From positions 288,001 to 352,000 of the forward strand of contig CAVRKK010000002.1 of assembly GCA_963722385.1 (NCBI GenBank): 64,000 bases of DNA, in the 5' to 3' direction. Position 1 is the first letter of the stretch. The number at the start of each line of letters is the position of its first letter. A program made the position numbers and the translations under genes. Below, one piece after another: positions 19,885 to 31,429 of the stretch. The notes beneath the pieces were generated by a model. It searched no databases. It was not told the origin of the DNA and worked only from the letters and a program-made list of their open reading frames with translations. The stretch is from an uncultured bacterium (GTDB taxonomy: Bacteria; Babelota; Babeliae; Babelales; Babelaceae).

Positions 19885-21625
19885 AGATGGCATAAATATA
19901 TTTACTTTTATTAAATCGCGCCTGGCTATTATGGACGTAGTGCAGGAATACGTAACGCTTAAAAAAGCGGGCCTTTACTATAAGGGCCGCTGCCCCTTCC
20001 ACCACGAGCGAACAGGTTCCTTTACCGTAAGCCCGCACCGGGAAATTTTTTATTGCTTTGGCTGTCACAAGGGTGGCGATGTCGTTGCTTTTATTGCCGA
20101 GGCGGAGCATTGTACGCAGATAGAGGCTGTTAAGCACTTAGCTGAGCGCTATTCATTAACATTGCCGGCTACTCTTGAACGTGAAGCACACGGATCAAGC
20201 ATTGAGGCGCAACGGCGCCATAACCAGCTGTGCGCTGCCTTTGCACAATGGTGCCATAAGCAACTCTTTAAGCACAAGCCAGCGTACACCTATTGCCGTG
20301 AGCGGGGGCTCAGCGATCAGAGCTTAAAAAGCTTTACGGTGGGGTACTTTCCCGAGCATTGCCTTGATGATATGCTTGAAGCTCTTAACAGGGAAGGCTT
20401 TCTCGCAACTGATCTTATTAATGCGCATATACTCAACAAGGGCAAAATGGGCATTTACTCGCCCTTTGCAAACCGCGTACTTTTTCCAATCAAGGACTAC
20501 CTTGGGCGTACGTGCGGTTTTGGGGGACGAGTTTTTCAGCCCGATGACCAGCGCCCAAAATATTATAATTCCCAAGATCATCCCTTTTTTAGCAAAGGGA
20601 ATATCTTATTCGGCCTCGATGTGTCCAAAAAAGCTATCCAAGAGAAGCAAACGGTTTACCTCGTCGAGGGATACCTTGATTGCATAGCCATGGTACAAGC
20701 AGGCTATACGAACACGGTGGCAACGCTCGGTACCGCTTGCACGTTTGACCACCTGAAGCTTCTTGCCCGTTACGCTCACACCTTGCATGCTATGTACGAT
20801 GGTGATACGGCGGGGCAACAAGCCCTCATCAAGCTCGCTCGCTTGACCTGGGACGTGAACATGGAACTTTCCGTGATCCCATTGCCAGAGGATGAAGACC
20901 CAGCCTCAATTTTGCTCAACCAGCATGACCTGGGGCAGCATATTGCTCAAGCACAAGATATCTTTGTCTTTTTTATTCAGCGCTTGGGTTCAGCGTATCA
21001 AAACAAGCCGATGCATGAGCGGATGACACTTATAGAAGAGGTTCTCGAAACTATAGCGCTCTTGGACAACCCGCTTAAGCAGAACTTTTTGCTCCAAAAA
21101 GCAGCAACGACCTTTTCTCTCCCGCTTGAAATTTTAACCGATCGCATGCACAAAGCTCCCTTGCCGATCTCGACGATCAAGCAGCAGGACGAGGTACGTA
21201 TGGCGTACCAGCCACCGCCCTTTGAGCATAAGCTCTTCATAGGGCTCCTCAAGCATGCCGGAAAATTAAACAGCGAGGATGAGCAGTTGATCAGAAAGTT
21301 GTGCTTGCCACCACTTGCGCTCCTTATCGAAGCTTTGCTGGCTACGCCAGCAAGCACTGACCGCGTAAGCACTTTTTTAGAGAGCCTTGACGCCAGTCAA
21401 CGGGAGCTTGCAATAAAGCTCATTATTCAGGGGGAAGAAGAACCGGCGGTTGAGCTCCATGAGCTCCTTGCTCTATTATGGAAAAAGGAATGGAAAACAA
21501 TGGCGGGAGATTTTAAAATCCGCCTGGCCATTGCCGAGCAGGCACAGGATGGGCGCTTGCGCAGTGAAATTGCCACAGAATTTAGCCAACTAAAGCAAAA
21601 AATGAAAGAAAGGGGGATTTTATGA
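19877..21625 (+). CDS. dnaG: DNA primase
   Basis: [11 protein letters not shown]...FYCFGC zinc finger, GFGGR, PKYYNS, VEGYLD, ATLGTA, YDGDTAG TOPRIM. Confidence 0.98.
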   Translation: MHKDGINIFTFIKSRLAIMDVVQEYVTLKKAGLYYKGRCPFHHERTGSFTVSPHREIFYCFGCHKGGDVVAFIAEAEHCTQIEAVKHLAERYSLTLPATLEREAHGSSIEAQRRHNQLCAAFAQWCHKQLFKHKPAYTYCRERGLSDQSLKSFTVGYFPEHCLDDMLEALNREGFLATDLINAHILNKGKMGIYSPFANRVLFPIKDYLGRTCGFGGRVFQPDDQRPKYYNSQDHPFFSKGNILFGLDVSKKAIQEKQTVYLVEGYLDCIAMVQAGYTNTVATLGTACTFDHLKLLARYAHTLHAMYDGDTAGQQALIKLARLTWDVNMELSVIPLPEDEDPASILLNQHDLGQHIAQAQDIFVFFIQRLGSAYQNKPMHERMTLIEEVLETIALLDNPLKQNFLLQKAATTFSLPLEILTDRMHKAPLPISTIKQQDEVRMAYQPPPFEHKLFIGLLKHAGKLNSEDEQLIRKLCLPPLALLIEALLATPASTDRVSTFLESLDASQRELAIKLIIQGEEEPAVELHELLALLWKKEWKTMAGDFKIRLAIAEQAQDGRLRSEIATEFSQLKQKMKERGIL

Positions 21626-23523
21626 CCGCTGTTAAAAAAACTAAGAAAGCAGAGCCTAAAACAAAGACCAAGCCTGTTGCCAAAGAAGAGGAACACCACA
21701 GCCCCGAAGAGCTTGCCGAATCACTTTTGGAGAAGGGCCGAAAAAGTGGTATTTTGACGTATGAAGAAGTGCTCGCATTCGGCGAGCGCAACCATATCAG
21801 CGAAGCGGATCTCAACGACATATTTAAGCTTATTGATAAAGAAAATATCGAAATGGCTATGCAAGCTGAGCTTGAAACGGAGGCTGAGCTGGTACCTTTT
21901 GAAACTGAAGAAACTGAAAAGCGTCTGCCCTTGCGCACGCATATTGTTGAATCGCTCGCCTATACCGAAGAAGAAGCCGAGGAAGAAGAGACGGAGTCTG
22001 AAGAAGAAGAGCGCGAAATTATTCGTGATGGCGGCGAATATGGCTATATTGCCGACAGCGTTAAGGGGTATCTGCGCGACATTGGTAAGATCCCTTTATT
22101 AAATAAGAAGACTGAGACGGTTATTGCCGATCAAATAGCAACCTGCAAACGTAAGTCAATTGAAGCGATTTCAAACTTTCCCTTTTTGCATAAAGAGCTC
22201 GTGCAGCTTGGTGAAAAAGTTGCCAAAGAAAGCATGGCGCTCAAAGATATTATTCAATTTTCAGAATTTGACGAAGAAAATCTACCAAAGTATGAAGAAG
22301 AAAAAAAGAGCTTTTTAGATACGGTTGAGACGATCAAAGAGCTGATCCTCAACGAGCAAAAAATTTATGAAAGCTATCGCGGCAAGCTCGATACACAGGC
22401 TAAAAAGCAGGAAATGCTTGGAGCCGTACGAAAAAACCGAGAAACTATTAGCGCAACGATACAAAGTATCAAACTGTCAAATAAGCTCGTGCGCCGGTTT
22501 GCAAAAAAGATCGAGCGCATCATTTATAAAATTGAAGAGCGGCAAAGCTTTATTAAAGAGCATGAGCCACAGCTTGATACCATGGAAAACAAGGCGGAAC
22601 GAGCGGAGCTTGAGCGGCAAGTGAGAGGCGCCAACAAAGGGATCCGCAAGCTCGAGCAAGAAGCTGGTATCCCGCTTGAAAGCATTCTTTTTTACCATAA
22701 TCAGCTCGTTGATTGCCAATACAAAGATAAAAAGGCAAAAGATGACCTGGCCCGTGCTAATCTTCGCTTGGTCGTGAATATCGCCAAGAAATATGTCAAT
22801 CGCGGCCTGCACTTTTTAGACCTGATCCAGGAAGGCAATATAGGCCTCTTGAAAGCGGTTGAAAAATTTGAATTTGAGCGCGGCTACAAATTTTCTACCT
22901 ATGCCACCTGGTGGATTAGGCAAGCGATCACGCGTGCTATTGCTGACCAATCAAGAACGATTCGTTTGCCCGTTCATATGGTAGAGACGCTTAACAAGAT
23001 CAACAAAATCAAGCGCACGTTCTTGCAAGAGCATGGGCGCGAGCCGACGTATGCCGAGCTGTCTAAAGAGCTCAATACCGATGAAAAGAAAATAAAAAAT
23101 ATCATCAAGATATCGAAAGAGCCAATTTCACTTGAGACACCGGTCGGTGATAGCGAAGATGCGTTTATCAAAGACTTTATTGAAAACGAAAATGAACTCT
23201 CGCCTGCTGAAGCGGTCGTGAGCAACGATTTGAAAGAGCGCGTGAGAAAGGTACTCAAGACATTGACGCCCCGTGAAGAAAAAGTGCTAAAAATGCGCTT
23301 CGGCATAGACGTTGCTTCAGAGCATACCTTGGAAGAGGTCGGCAAAGACTTTGGGGTAACACGCGAGCGGGTGCGGCAAATTGAGGTAAAAGCATTGCGC
23401 AAGCTCAGGCATCCTTCCCGCAGCAAGGAGCTGATGCCCTTTCTGGAAAAAGAGCTCAGCCTTCTTGAAAGTGAGGCTGATGACATAGAAGAAGATGATA
23501 ACGATATGGAAGATGATGAGTAA
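21622..23523 (+). CDS. rpoD: RNA polymerase primary sigma factor
   Basis: [35 protein letters not shown]...[24 protein letters not shown]; region 4 [18 protein letters not shown]; follows dnaG. Confidence 0.98.
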   Translation: MTAVKKTKKAEPKTKTKPVAKEEEHHSPEELAESLLEKGRKSGILTYEEVLAFGERNHISEADLNDIFKLIDKENIEMAMQAELETEAELVPFETEETEKRLPLRTHIVESLAYTEEEAEEEETESEEEEREIIRDGGEYGYIADSVKGYLRDIGKIPLLNKKTETVIADQIATCKRKSIEAISNFPFLHKELVQLGEKVAKESMALKDIIQFSEFDEENLPKYEEEKKSFLDTVETIKELILNEQKIYESYRGKLDTQAKKQEMLGAVRKNRETISATIQSIKLSNKLVRRFAKKIERIIYKIEERQSFIKEHEPQLDTMENKAERAELERQVRGANKGIRKLEQEAGIPLESILFYHNQLVDCQYKDKKAKDDLARANLRLVVNIAKKYVNRGLHFLDLIQEGNIGLLKAVEKFEFERGYKFSTYATWWIRQAITRAIADQSRTIRLPVHMVETLNKINKIKRTFLQEHGREPTYAELSKELNTDEKKIKNIIKISKEPISLETPVGDSEDAFIKDFIENENELSPAEAVVSNDLKERVRKVLKTLTPREEKVLKMRFGIDVASEHTLEEVGKDFGVTRERVRQIEVKALRKLRHPSRSKELMPFLEKELSLLESEADDIEEDDNDMEDDE

Positions 23524-23590
23524 GAATTTTTAAGCATTGCTCAAGAAAAAAAAGCACGTTATGCTGACGTAGAAAAAAATAAAAAATGAT

Positions 23591-24928
23591 GTGATTATGG
23601 GATTTATGAGCAGCGGTTATTGTGGCCACAGTAGTTTATCAGCCGACATAGTTATATTTGGTGCATCGTTATCTTTTTGTGCCTTGACGGCATTTTTAGA
23701 AACAACGATTACCACGTTGCGCTTATTTAAGCTCAAGGAACTTGCGCAAGAATCAGGACGCTATCAGGGGCTTTTTGACTCTCTTGAAAAAAACCAAGGG
23801 CGAGTGCTCACCACGATCTTGATTGCCAAAAGCTTGGCAGATGTTACGGCAGCTACCTTTGGCGCTGAACTTATGGGCAAGCTTTTGGCTCCTTTGCCTG
23901 ATACGATTGAAATATGGCTGGGTATCGCCATTGTGACGGCACTTATACTCATGGTGGGCGAAATCATTCCAAAAATTGTTGCAAAAGCATATGGCGAGCG
24001 ATTTTTTGCCTCAACACTTGGTATTACCAACCTGATGTACTATGCGCTGTACCCATTAGTAACTTCGTTCATATTTACGGCAAATTGGGTTGTCGACAAG
24101 CTCTTTGGCAGCGTAAAACATGAAAGCACTGAATACGTAACCTCCGAAAAAGAGATTCGGTTTTTGATCGACTATATAACGCAAAAAGGGATTATGGAGG
24201 GGGAGAAAACGGTAATGATCAGGAGCATTTTTGACCTTGGCACAACACCCGTGCGCGAGATCATGGTTCCTGCCACTTCTATTGTATCAATTGAGGTAGC
24301 GACCCCACTACAAGAAGCGCTTGATATCTTTAATCGCTATCAATTTTCGCGCTTGCCTACGTATGTTGATGCGCCCGAAAATATTATTGGTATGTTACAC
24401 CTTAAGGATCTTTGCGCCCTGCTTACGACGGGTCAAGACAAGCCCTTGCGTGATATTATACGTCCGATTCTCTTTATACCGGAGACTATTAAGGTTAACC
24501 AGCTTCTGAAAGAATTTAAGCACCAAAATATGCATATCGCGATGGTCATTAATGAGTATGGCAGTATTATTGGTCTTGTTACGCTGGAAGACGTGCTTGA
24601 AGAAATTGTGGGAGAGATCAGAGACGAGTACGAATCGGTACCTCAGAAGATAATTAATCTTAAGCCAGGAAGCTGGCTTGCGGATTCCAGCATCGAACTC
24701 AAAGACTTAGCGCCGATGTTGGATATATCATTTGAAACAGAAAGTTCGCAAACTCTAGGCGGATTTCTTAATGAACAGTTTCAGCACCTGCCCAAGAAAG
24801 GCGAGCGGTTGGTTTATAAAACGTATTGTTTTCAGATACAACAAGCGGGGGCAAAGCGCGTTTTACAAGTGCTTATTGTTAAAGAATTTATCAAAGAGCT
24901 TGCCCACAACCCGATCAATATCGCCTGA
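23591..24928 (+). CDS. Hemolysin/CNNM family protein (DUF21 + CBS pair + CorC/HlyC)
   Basis: GEIIPK, VREIMVP, FSRLP, NEYGSIIGLVTLEDVLEEIVGEIRDEY, TLGGF. Confidence 0.93.
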   Translation: MIMGFMSSGYCGHSSLSADIVIFGASLSFCALTAFLETTITTLRLFKLKELAQESGRYQGLFDSLEKNQGRVLTTILIAKSLADVTAATFGAELMGKLLAPLPDTIEIWLGIAIVTALILMVGEIIPKIVAKAYGERFFASTLGITNLMYYALYPLVTSFIFTANWVVDKLFGSVKHESTEYVTSEKEIRFLIDYITQKGIMEGEKTVMIRSIFDLGTTPVREIMVPATSIVSIEVATPLQEALDIFNRYQFSRLPTYVDAPENIIGMLHLKDLCALLTTGQDKPLRDIIRPILFIPETIKVNQLLKEFKHQNMHIAMVINEYGSIIGLVTLEDVLEEIVGEIRDEYESVPQKIINLKPGSWLADSSIELKDLAPMLDISFETESSQTLGGFLNEQFQHLPKKGERLVYKTYCFQIQQAGAKRVLQVLIVKEFIKELAHNPINIA

Positions 24929-24932
24929 TCTA

Positions 24933-25361
24933 TCAAAGGCTATAAATTTGCGTTAAAAAAGCATGCGCCGTGTCGAGCAATCTCACCGCGTTATCATAGG
25001 TAAGCACCTGCCGTGCTTCCTCGTAGGGTAGCCAGCGAAATGCCGTGTGCTCTTCGGATAAAACAACGTCCTGTGTAGGCGCTGGAGCAACAAAAAATGT
25101 TACCTCTTTGCTTACCGGCTCGCCCTCACGGCTCTTAAAGCGGTAAAATATTTTATGTTCGAAGCCAGGGTCAAGCTGAACGGTCAAGCCTGTCTCTTCT
25201 CTAACTTCCCGAACAGCGGCCATTTCATTTGTCTCGCCAACTTCAAGCTTGCCTTTGGCAAAATCCCAATGGCTTCTGCCATATTGTAAGACTAAGTATA
25301 CTAATTTCTGGTCTGCGCCTTTGTAATAGACAACAGCGCCTGCTGAAAATTCTCTTTTCAT
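24933..25361 (-). CDS. Nudix hydrolase, Ap4A hydrolase-like
   Basis: SAGAVVY, HWDFAKGKLEVGETNEMAAVREVREETGL Nudix box, LSEEH..F.WL. Confidence 0.9.
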   Translation of the reverse strand: MKREFSAGAVVYYKGADQKLVYLVLQYGRSHWDFAKGKLEVGETNEMAAVREVREETGLTVQLDPGFEHKIFYRFKSREGEPVSKEVTFFVAPAPTQDVVLSEEHTAFRWLPYEEARQVLTYDNAVRLLDTAHAFLTQIYSL

Positions 25362-25562
25362 CCCAAAAATGTCCCTCTGTAGCTGGCTTGCCTTGATGGA
25401 TACCAGATCCAAAAACTACTTTTGGCCAAGCGCACGAGGCGTAATACCTAAAGCACGTGAGCCTTGACCGATTGTAGCGCTACTATTTTCCTCATTACCT
25501 ACTATACCAGCAATCTGCCGTGAATACTATAATAAAGCATGGCTTTTTGCTAAGACGTACAG

Positions 25563-25922
25563 CTAGAGCTTCTCAAGCTTTGCCGAAATACCATCATGGG
25601 CATCTACAACCGTAATCTTCACCGGCCCCCATGGCAACTGGCTTGATTTAAAAAATACTCCCTTTGGCTTTCCTCCCGCTTGAGGCGCAAGTGAAATATG
25701 CTTTACATGCAGATTTCCATGTACTGAACGCCACTTTCTTGGCACGAGTCCCGAAGCGCCCGACTTAAGGTCGAAATAATCATCAGCACCTATAAACGTG
25801 TACTCAATATGAACCTTGACATCAACTTTACTCTCATTAGCAAAATAAATGTCACCCACGGCCATCACATTTCCCGCCGTTGCTAAGCCTGCTAGAATCA
25901 TAGGAATTAACCTCATTACCAT
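25563..25922 (-). CDS. Small secreted hypothetical protein
   Basis: AAGGAG RBS on minus strand, signal-peptide-like N terminus, beta-rich mature part. Confidence 0.65.
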   Translation of the reverse strand: MVMRLIPMILAGLATAGNVMAVGDIYFANESKVDVKVHIEYTFIGADDYFDLKSGASGLVPRKWRSVHGNLHVKHISLAPQAGGKPKGVFFKSSQLPWGPVKITVVDAHDGISAKLEKL

Positions 25923-26191
25923 CTCCTTAGATAAAAATATAATACTTATAGCATTAACTTAGCACAAATAGAATTAATAATTCAAGATCAGAATTTTTAT
26001 CTTATCAATAGCCAAATTGGTAACTTCAGATGTCATTTTTAATTTTCCATGTTTAAGATATTTCCGTAAAATAATTTGCTTAATCAATAAATATCGGGTA
26101 ATATTCAATAAATTAAAGCGAGATAGGCAAGAAGTAAGGACTCGGTAGTAATGAGGGGTGTACGCAACCTTTTATTACGAGGACTGGCTTT

Positions 26192-29100
26192 ATGTTTATT
26201 AAGGCTTTCATACGGCATGCTCTTGTCTCTATTTTTTCTCTATTAGCAATAATATTTTGTCGAGCAAGCACGGAGCCCCGGGAGGGCTACCACGTAATTA
26301 TTACGCGTGACGAACCGGCATCCCGCCACATACCTAAGCTGCGCGGCCAAGAGAGCCCAGAAAAAGCAACACACTGCAAGATCATGAAGAATGGTGAGCA
26401 GATTGCGCAGGCTGATGTTGTACATGAGGTGCGCGGTAAGTTCAAACAAACGGAAATGGCGAAGCCTTTTTCGCTCATAGACGCTCGTAATTTGCAGATA
26501 CGCTTTCAGGAAGGTGATAACTGTTTTCATTTGTCGGTGGATCTCAAAGGCGATATCGCGATTCACCAACTTGAGATGGCTGATTCATTTTCGCTTGAGG
26601 TATCTGGCAGTAGCAGCATTACCAACCAGACGCCGATTTCGCTTAAGAAAGACTTAGCGATTACTATGCCTCGAGGTGTTTTTTGGAGCGGCAGTAAGGC
26701 CCACTGGCATGTTGGCGGCCAAGCTGACCTATCGTTTGAAGAGGGAGCGGTGGCGATTTGGGGAAGCTTTGATTCAACGGGTGATCTACGTATCAAAGCA
26801 AACCGCTATACACAGCCCTATGGCAAAGCGCAAAGAACTGAGGGTAACCGATACCGTGCTACCAATAGTAACGGATATCCCTGGACATGTGTTGAGTATG
26901 ATATGGTATCGCCAAAACGCTCATTGGTGAGGTCGCAGGGGAATATCTCCCTTACTGCCAATCATGTTGGTATTTACGGCGGTATTCTGCATGCAAAAGA
27001 AAATATTATTGCTGATATTGACCAAAAGTTTGAGCTTCTAACGCAGTGTAATGATCATAAGCGTTGTGAGACCTATAAAGAAGATACTGGCTGGATCTTC
27101 AAAAACATGGTTACCCGAGCAGTGGCTGATTACTTTGAAAGCTGCGACGATGTAGCAATCCTGCAAGCGGGCAAAGATTTCAAGCTCATGCTTCAGGGCC
27201 AGCCGGTGAAGATACATGATATCAAGCACTATCCGGCATTTGAAAGCACAGGCCAGATTGTTATTGGGCAAGAGGCTCATGTCTCATCATCAAACAAGCA
27301 AGGGGTTATGCATAATCATAAGTCCGACGTAGATGATCTGAGATCTTATGGCCCAATTTCTCTCTCATTTGCTCAGTTTATCGATCCCACCACTACCATT
27401 CTCTGTAATGACCCGCGCTTTATCTTTACCCATCCTTCACAAAAAGAGAGCACAGAAGAATGGCAGCCTGGCAATGAGCTTGCATTTTTTCATGGCACAA
27501 CTTTGAACAAACCAGCTATGCTTCTCTCTTTTAGTTCTCAGGTAGAGATACTCTCTCGGCTTTTATTTGAGCTCGGCCTTCCCGCACTTGGGGGCGAAGG
27601 TGACTTTGCTACCCAACTCCGGGAGCTCCAACGTGCTGGCTATCTCGTAGCCCTTGTCAATGGTAGGAAAATAGGAAACATGAAGAAAAGGGAGCCGCTA
27701 CCACGGGGACACAATAAACCGCGAAAGTCGTTGAAAGATCAGCCGCAAGAAACCAAGGTCGAATTGGCTGAGGAAGAAAAGCAAGAGCTCGCCAGACTTC
27801 TCAAGCGCTACAGCCATAAAATTAATGGTTATCCTTCATGGCTCAAAAGCAAAATGACGGACGTACAAGAAGGCCAAAATCTTGGAATACTCACGCAAGA
27901 GCTTATACATGAGTTGCCATTTTCATTTATCTATTACCAGGTTCAAAAATTCGATGGTGTTGATTGTTTAGTCCCTGTCCTTCATGTGTGTGCAGCAGAC
28001 CGTGATGCCAATAAGCGTATGGGCTCTTTTCTTGCTCATGATGTTACTATTGATAAGATGCATCGAGTCGTCAACAAGGGCATGATTCGTGCCATTAATC
28101 GTGTAAAGATACAAGCAGATACGATTATTAACAAAGCCAATAAGGTAAAAAAATACTCCGTGCGCACGCCGTTAGAAGGCGGTGATATTATTGGCTTTGA
28201 TATCGAGCTTGAAGTTCCCCAAGATGCCGTTGGTAAAGCGGGTATTAAGAACATTGGTGGCTCTATTGTGGGCAAGCAGAAAGTATCGCTCTATGCCAAG
28301 CAGGGAGACATCACCAACACGGTTCTTTTGGGAAGCCATACCGTAACGTGGGACCCTGGCTTTTTTGGCAGGCTCTTTGGCCATCAAAGCTCTTCGGAAA
28401 TAGTAGATTTTTATCCAGGAAACATTACTTCTGAGGGCAATATTGAGCTTATAAGCGAGACGGGCAAGCTGTTTAATGAGGGATCGAAAATTATTGGCGC
28501 TCAGAATGTCCAGTTGAAAGCATACGGTGATGCCGTCTTTAAAACACTTACCAACAAGCATACATCATATAGCGGTACATCGCTGCAGGGCTTTTCGGTT
28601 AAGCAAGTGGTCAAAGAGGCGATGACTATGGAGCGCTCAGAGATAGGTGCTGGAAAGAATCTTACGGTAGAGTCTACCAATGGTTCAATCAAAAGCTATG
28701 GTGCTTCTTTTACTGCCATCCGTGATGCCTTGTTTAAGGCAAAAAAGAGTAATGATCTTGCCGTAGTGACCACAACGCTTAAAGGCGAGCAGAAGCAGCT
28801 GGGGCTTGATTTGTTTGGGCTCTATGCTACCAGCAAAAAGCATCTGCAGGACCATATAATCAAAACTGAGATTAATGTTGGTGGCAAGGTGACCTTTGAG
28901 TCGGGCGAGGACAATGTGCTTGAGGCAGTGGCTGTTTATGCAGGTCAGCCTATTCACTTGATTGCCAAGCGCAATAATGTTATCAAAGGAGCCAAACAGC
29001 ATTCATCATCAACGACTGATAGCTGGTCCTTCGGCATGACCTTTTTTGGCTCAGATGCTCTCGGTTTGCTTGCTGATGAAGAATATGGCAAGGCGTTGTG

Positions 29101-31429
29101 GGCGCTCAATGATGAGGACCCACTGATTGCCTCTATTCACCGACTTGCCAGTTCGGCAAGCACTGCTGACACCCTTGCAAGCACAACGATGATGGGTATT
29201 GAGGCTTTGCGCTTGTTTAATCAGTACAAGCAGAAAGAAGGAAGCACCGGCAAGTTCTTGGCCGTGCGGTTGGGTATTGCCGATGCACAAGGCTCCTTCG
29301 CGCCTGATTTATATTTCAATATTGCACATGATACCATACGCCGCGAGCAAACCATTACGGTGCCGAGCCATATTTCTGGTCAAGAAGTCCATATCGAGAG
29401 TGGCGATGATGTTCAGCTTGACGGAACAACCCTAGAAGCCGAGAAAGCAACCATTAAGGGACAGAACTTCCAAGCAACTGCAGCACAACATACGGTCACC
29501 GTTAATCAACAATCACAAAGTGTTGGTGTAACGCTTAGTGGTACCGTTGACGCATCAAAGCAGACAAGCACTTCATATACGGTGACGCATGATAATGCGC
29601 AGATAAACGCCGATACCATTGTCATTGATGTCAAGAATGCAGAGCTCAAAGGAGCCCGGGTACAGGGCATCTCTACAACCATTAATGTTGAGCATAACCT
29701 GATGGTGGAATCAGTTGAGGATACGCACTATAGCTTTTCGAGCGGTGCTAGTGCCTATGTTGGTTCAGCGGCTGGTGGCGCATATTATGCTCAAAAAGAG
29801 ACCTATGAACATAAAGTTAGCCAAGCTTCGGGTATTGAGGGTACCGAACATCTTGAGGTGCATGTTGGCGATACGATAGATCTCACGGGTGCTTATATAA
29901 GCAGTAACTCAACCAATGCCACCGTCGAAACTCGCGAGCTCGTTTTTGAAGATATTCATGAAGGCAAAGAAACGCATGGCTTTAGTGTTGGCGCCAGCTT
30001 TACACCCAGCGATGACCTCGGCATCTATGGCATGGTTGATGGGCGCTATGCTTCTAAGTCGAAAGACGGCATTACACGGGCAACCATTTCTGAAAACATA
30101 GATCTTGATATTTTGGGTGCCGCGATTGCCGAGTTAAATCGCAATATGCGCATGATGCAAGAGACCTATGTTGAAGACGAAGATGTTATGCGCTTGGTGA
30201 TACCAATCATCAATCCGTCAAAGTTTGCCCAAAAGATGCAGCGCATTAAAGAGTTATTTGCTGAAGGCGGTGATAACCGCGATGCCATAAATCACACCAT
30301 GAAAGAGGCTGCAGCGGAACAACGAGAAGAGATTAAGCAGCAGGGAAAGGCTGCTGAGGAGAAGCTTCTTAATGAGTACCTTGAGCAGAAAAAGAAGCAG
30401 GGAGAGCCGCTTACGCCTCACGAAGCAGAGCTTGCCGAAAACATCGCTTCAGGGCAACCTGCAGAAAAAAGTGAAGATCTCAAGGACGTGCTCAGGGAAA
30501 ATTTTGATCAAAAATATCCTGTTACCGAGGGGTACGCTGCACAACATAAGGATGAGGACTTCGAAGAGATTAATCTTGATGACCAAGCAGGTGAATATAG
30601 TCAGGAGCAACCAATTGAATCGGCTTCACCAGAAGAAACAGCAGCAGAACCTGTAGAATTAAAAGACTTGTATGACATCTATGAATTGACCACACAAGAC
30701 ACTTCTGAGCAAATTTACCAAGAGCTCGAAGATATTTTTCAAGCGGAGGCGAACCAAGAAATGCTCTATGATGAGTCAGGTTCATTCGTTCGACCGTTCG
30801 TATCGACCTTGCTCGACTTCGTACCGATTGTAGGCAACGTTAAATCTGCCGCTGAGCTTGGCCTTGGCCGGGATTATATAGGCGGACAGGATATTGGATA
30901 TGGCGAACGGGCTTTGCGTACCGCTGCCGTTATATTCCCCTACGTAAAACACTTAAAATTTGTTAGGGTAATACTCTGGCCAATAAAATTCTTGGCAAAC
31001 AAGACAGGCAAGAAACTAAAAAACCTGAAAGATAAGGCTTCTGCTATCCTAAGGCCATTGGCAATTAATGCTGCTCGCCCGGGCTTTATCGAGCTCGGTG
31101 GAGGAGTTGGTCAAGTTGCAACAAAAGAAGCAGCTGAAAAGATTGCTGCTGCATTTAAAGGAGCAACATTAAAAGGAGCTCAGAACGAAAAGGGATGGAG
31201 AGTCTCTATCCCAAATGGTAGAAAAAAGCTTGTCGTTAGAATTATGGAAGCAGGCTCTGGTGAAAGAAAGAACCCTTATTTTAGAATCGGCATTGATGGC
31301 AAATCAGCTTTAACTTCAGCCGGAGAACTTATGACGGAACCTGAGCTAACCCATATTGATTTAACAAGTGATTATCTTCGCAAAGTTCAAGAAATGATTA
31401 TACAATACAAGATAAGGTATAAAAAATGA
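26192..31429 (+). CDS. CdiA-like polymorphic toxin A: signal peptide, YP-like segment, haemagglutinin (FHA-2) repeats, acidic linker, PT-TG pretoxin domain, C-terminal toxin
   Basis: LTQELIHELPFSFIYYQ...DGVDCLVPVLHV resembles the CdiA segment preceding FHA-2; FHA-2-type repeats (SEIGAGKNLTVES, SGIEG...V.VG...DLTGAYIS); PT-TG LDFVPIVGNVKSAAE...G.D..GG......ER; stop overlaps next ATG. Confidence 0.85.
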   Translation: MFIKAFIRHALVSIFSLLAIIFCRASTEPREGYHVIITRDEPASRHIPKLRGQESPEKATHCKIMKNGEQIAQADVVHEVRGKFKQTEMAKPFSLIDARNLQIRFQEGDNCFHLSVDLKGDIAIHQLEMADSFSLEVSGSSSITNQTPISLKKDLAITMPRGVFWSGSKAHWHVGGQADLSFEEGAVAIWGSFDSTGDLRIKANRYTQPYGKAQRTEGNRYRATNSNGYPWTCVEYDMVSPKRSLVRSQGNISLTANHVGIYGGILHAKENIIADIDQKFELLTQCNDHKRCETYKEDTGWIFKNMVTRAVADYFESCDDVAILQAGKDFKLMLQGQPVKIHDIKHYPAFESTGQIVIGQEAHVSSSNKQGVMHNHKSDVDDLRSYGPISLSFAQFIDPTTTILCNDPRFIFTHPSQKESTEEWQPGNELAFFHGTTLNKPAMLLSFSSQVEILSRLLFELGLPALGGEGDFATQLRELQRAGYLVALVNGRKIGNMKKREPLPRGHNKPRKSLKDQPQETKVELAEEEKQELARLLKRYSHKINGYPSWLKSKMTDVQEGQNLGILTQELIHELPFSFIYYQVQKFDGVDCLVPVLHVCAADRDANKRMGSFLAHDVTIDKMHRVVNKGMIRAINRVKIQADTIINKANKVKKYSVRTPLEGGDIIGFDIELEVPQDAVGKAGIKNIGGSIVGKQKVSLYAKQGDITNTVLLGSHTVTWDPGFFGRLFGHQSSSEIVDFYPGNITSEGNIELISETGKLFNEGSKIIGAQNVQLKAYGDAVFKTLTNKHTSYSGTSLQGFSVKQVVKEAMTMERSEIGAGKNLTVESTNGSIKSYGASFTAIRDALFKAKKSNDLAVVTTTLKGEQKQLGLDLFGLYATSKKHLQDHIIKTEINVGGKVTFESGEDNVLEAVAVYAGQPIHLIAKRNNVIKGAKQHSSSTTDSWSFGMTFFGSDALGLLADEEYGKALWALNDEDPLIASIHRLASSASTADTLASTTMMGIEALRLFNQYKQKEGSTGKFLAVRLGIADAQGSFAPDLYFNIAHDTIRREQTITVPSHISGQEVHIESGDDVQLDGTTLEAEKATIKGQNFQATAAQHTVTVNQQSQSVGVTLSGTVDASKQTSTSYTVTHDNAQINADTIVIDVKNAELKGARVQGISTTINVEHNLMVESVEDTHYSFSSGASAYVGSAAGGAYYAQKETYEHKVSQASGIEGTEHLEVHVGDTIDLTGAYISSNSTNATVETRELVFEDIHEGKETHGFSVGASFTPSDDLGIYGMVDGRYASKSKDGITRATISENIDLDILGAAIAELNRNMRMMQETYVEDEDVMRLVIPIINPSKFAQKMQRIKELFAEGGDNRDAINHTMKEAAAEQREEIKQQGKAAEEKLLNEYLEQKKKQGEPLTPHEAELAENIASGQPAEKSEDLKDVLRENFDQKYPVTEGYAAQHKDEDFEEINLDDQAGEYSQEQPIESASPEETAAEPVELKDLYDIYELTTQDTSEQIYQELEDIFQAEANQEMLYDESGSFVRPFVSTLLDFVPIVGNVKSAAELGLGRDYIGGQDIGYGERALRTAAVIFPYVKHLKFVRVILWPIKFLANKTGKKLKNLKDKASAILRPLAINAARPGFIELGGGVGQVATKEAAEKIAAAFKGATLKGAQNEKGWRVSIPNGRKKLVVRIMEAGSGERKNPYFRIGIDGKSALTSAGELMTEPELTHIDLTSDYLRKVQEMIIQYKIRYKK

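Noticed and set aside
22974..23537. 187-aa minus-strand ORF and other short antisense ORFs over core and giant genes
   Set aside because: Antisense shadows of well-supported plus-strand genes
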